Translations under genes and position numbers: made by a program
Assembly (NCBI RefSeq): GCF_040938485.1
Contig: NW_027272988.1
Coordinates: forward strand, 1 to 64,000
Reading direction: 5' to 3'
Length of the DNA: 64,000 nt
From: Diadema antillarum
Taxonomy: Eukaryota
Part shown: positions 62,993 to 64,000 of the stretch, one piece after another
Layout: each line of letters starts with the position of its first letter
Numbering within the stretch: position 1 is the stretch's first letter
Notes under the pieces: generated by a model
The model's input: the letters and a program-made list of their open reading frames with translations, nothing else
Databases searched by the model: none
Told to the model about the DNA's origin: nothing

Positions 62993-63680
62993 TTAACCCT
63001 AATCCCACCGGGTTTTTTTGAGGGACTTGAAACCACGGTCGTGGATCGCGCGATCCTTGCGAAAATTTGCAGTAAGGTAGAGGCCAATGTAATCTACAAG
63101 ACTGTATAGTTAGATTTTTCAAATTTTAATTTATGTATTTTATATTAATTAATTTATGCTAATTCATGCAATTTTCTTTTTTGCCTATAAATAAAAAAAT
63201 AAAGCTCCAAGACTTCCAATTTTTTGGTGAACATATTCTTTTCAATATCCTCAACAATAATATTGAAGGAAAAATTCGGCTTCATTATTACTTCTTCTGT
63301 ATTTTCTTGTTTATTGAATTTCTTATGTATTTCTTTGTTTTTTACTTTTTGTTTTTTGTTTTTTTCAAAAAATCTGTCGCAGAAACTTTTTGAAGCATAA
63401 TCAGGCTAAAACAAATCATTATCAGCCATTGAAAGTAGAAATATTTATTTTTCTATGAATTACTTGCAAAAACACAATTTACATTGGATTTGTACACAAA
63501 ATCATGTTTTTGAGCAATTTTTAGGTCGACAAAGTTTTTTCAAAGGGGCATGGCTTCAAAACGGTCTGCCCGGGAGCAACAAATTTGGTCTCAAAAGTTG
63601 CGCGATACTTGAAAGAAAAAAGTCATAAAATGTCGCGGCAAGAGCATTACGCGTTGCGAAATAATCACGATAAACGTATT
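62993..63680. mobile_element. piggyBac-like element family A, second diverged copy lacking the right terminus
   Basis: TTAACCCTAATC start; colinear with 200-680 (e.g. ttggtctcaaaagttgcgcgatacttgaaagaaaaaagtcat). Confidence 0.7.
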
Positions 63681-64000
63681 ATACTTCGACGAATTCACGC
63701 CTATCTAGCTAGCTATATGCAACCAGGGAGGTGGAACTCACCTCCCTGATGCAACACTCACAGATAAATCCCCCCCCCCCCCCACACACACACACACAAT
63801 CGTCTTACACATTTAATCTTTGTTGAATGGAGAAGACCAAAGAAACGCGTCTTTACATGAACGTGATGATTTTACTGCAACTATCTCTATCAACTCACAG
63901 AGACGGACTTTAGTGTACACTTTTGTAGGAATTGACAATCGTGTACTGTTTCTTCTCTTGTTTACACAGCATTGCTTGCCCTGATCTCGTTTGCTTTGCT

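Overview
AT-rich animal genomic DNA, most likely a sea urchin or other echinoderm (inferred from the repeat landscape, long G/C runs and frequent TAGGCCTA). No prokaryotic features. The window holds two divergently transcribed (head-to-head) paralogous chromatin-reader genes whose start codons are 6.2 kb apart. The + gene (8 coding exons, 34700-57185, 531 aa) is a SAMD1/atherin-type protein. Unlike vertebrate SAMD1, it has the KAT6A/B-type front end: CpG-binding winged helix WH1, H15-like WH2, AT-hook, double PHD finger, then a SAMD1-type SAM domain. The - gene (28482 down to about 4002) has exons 1-5 of identical lengths and phases and mostly synonymous divergence, but no SAM exons are visible in the window. 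About 450 nt of exon 1 is roughly 98% identical between the copies while the rest is old divergence, which suggests gene conversion across the inverted pair. The rest is intron or intergenic DNA dense in MITEs (piggyBac-, Harbinger-, hAT-like, CACT-ended), Helentron-like elements, SINEs and microsatellites, plus a 2.2-kb tandem duplication and one N gap. All alignments and counts were done by eye; no database searches were run.
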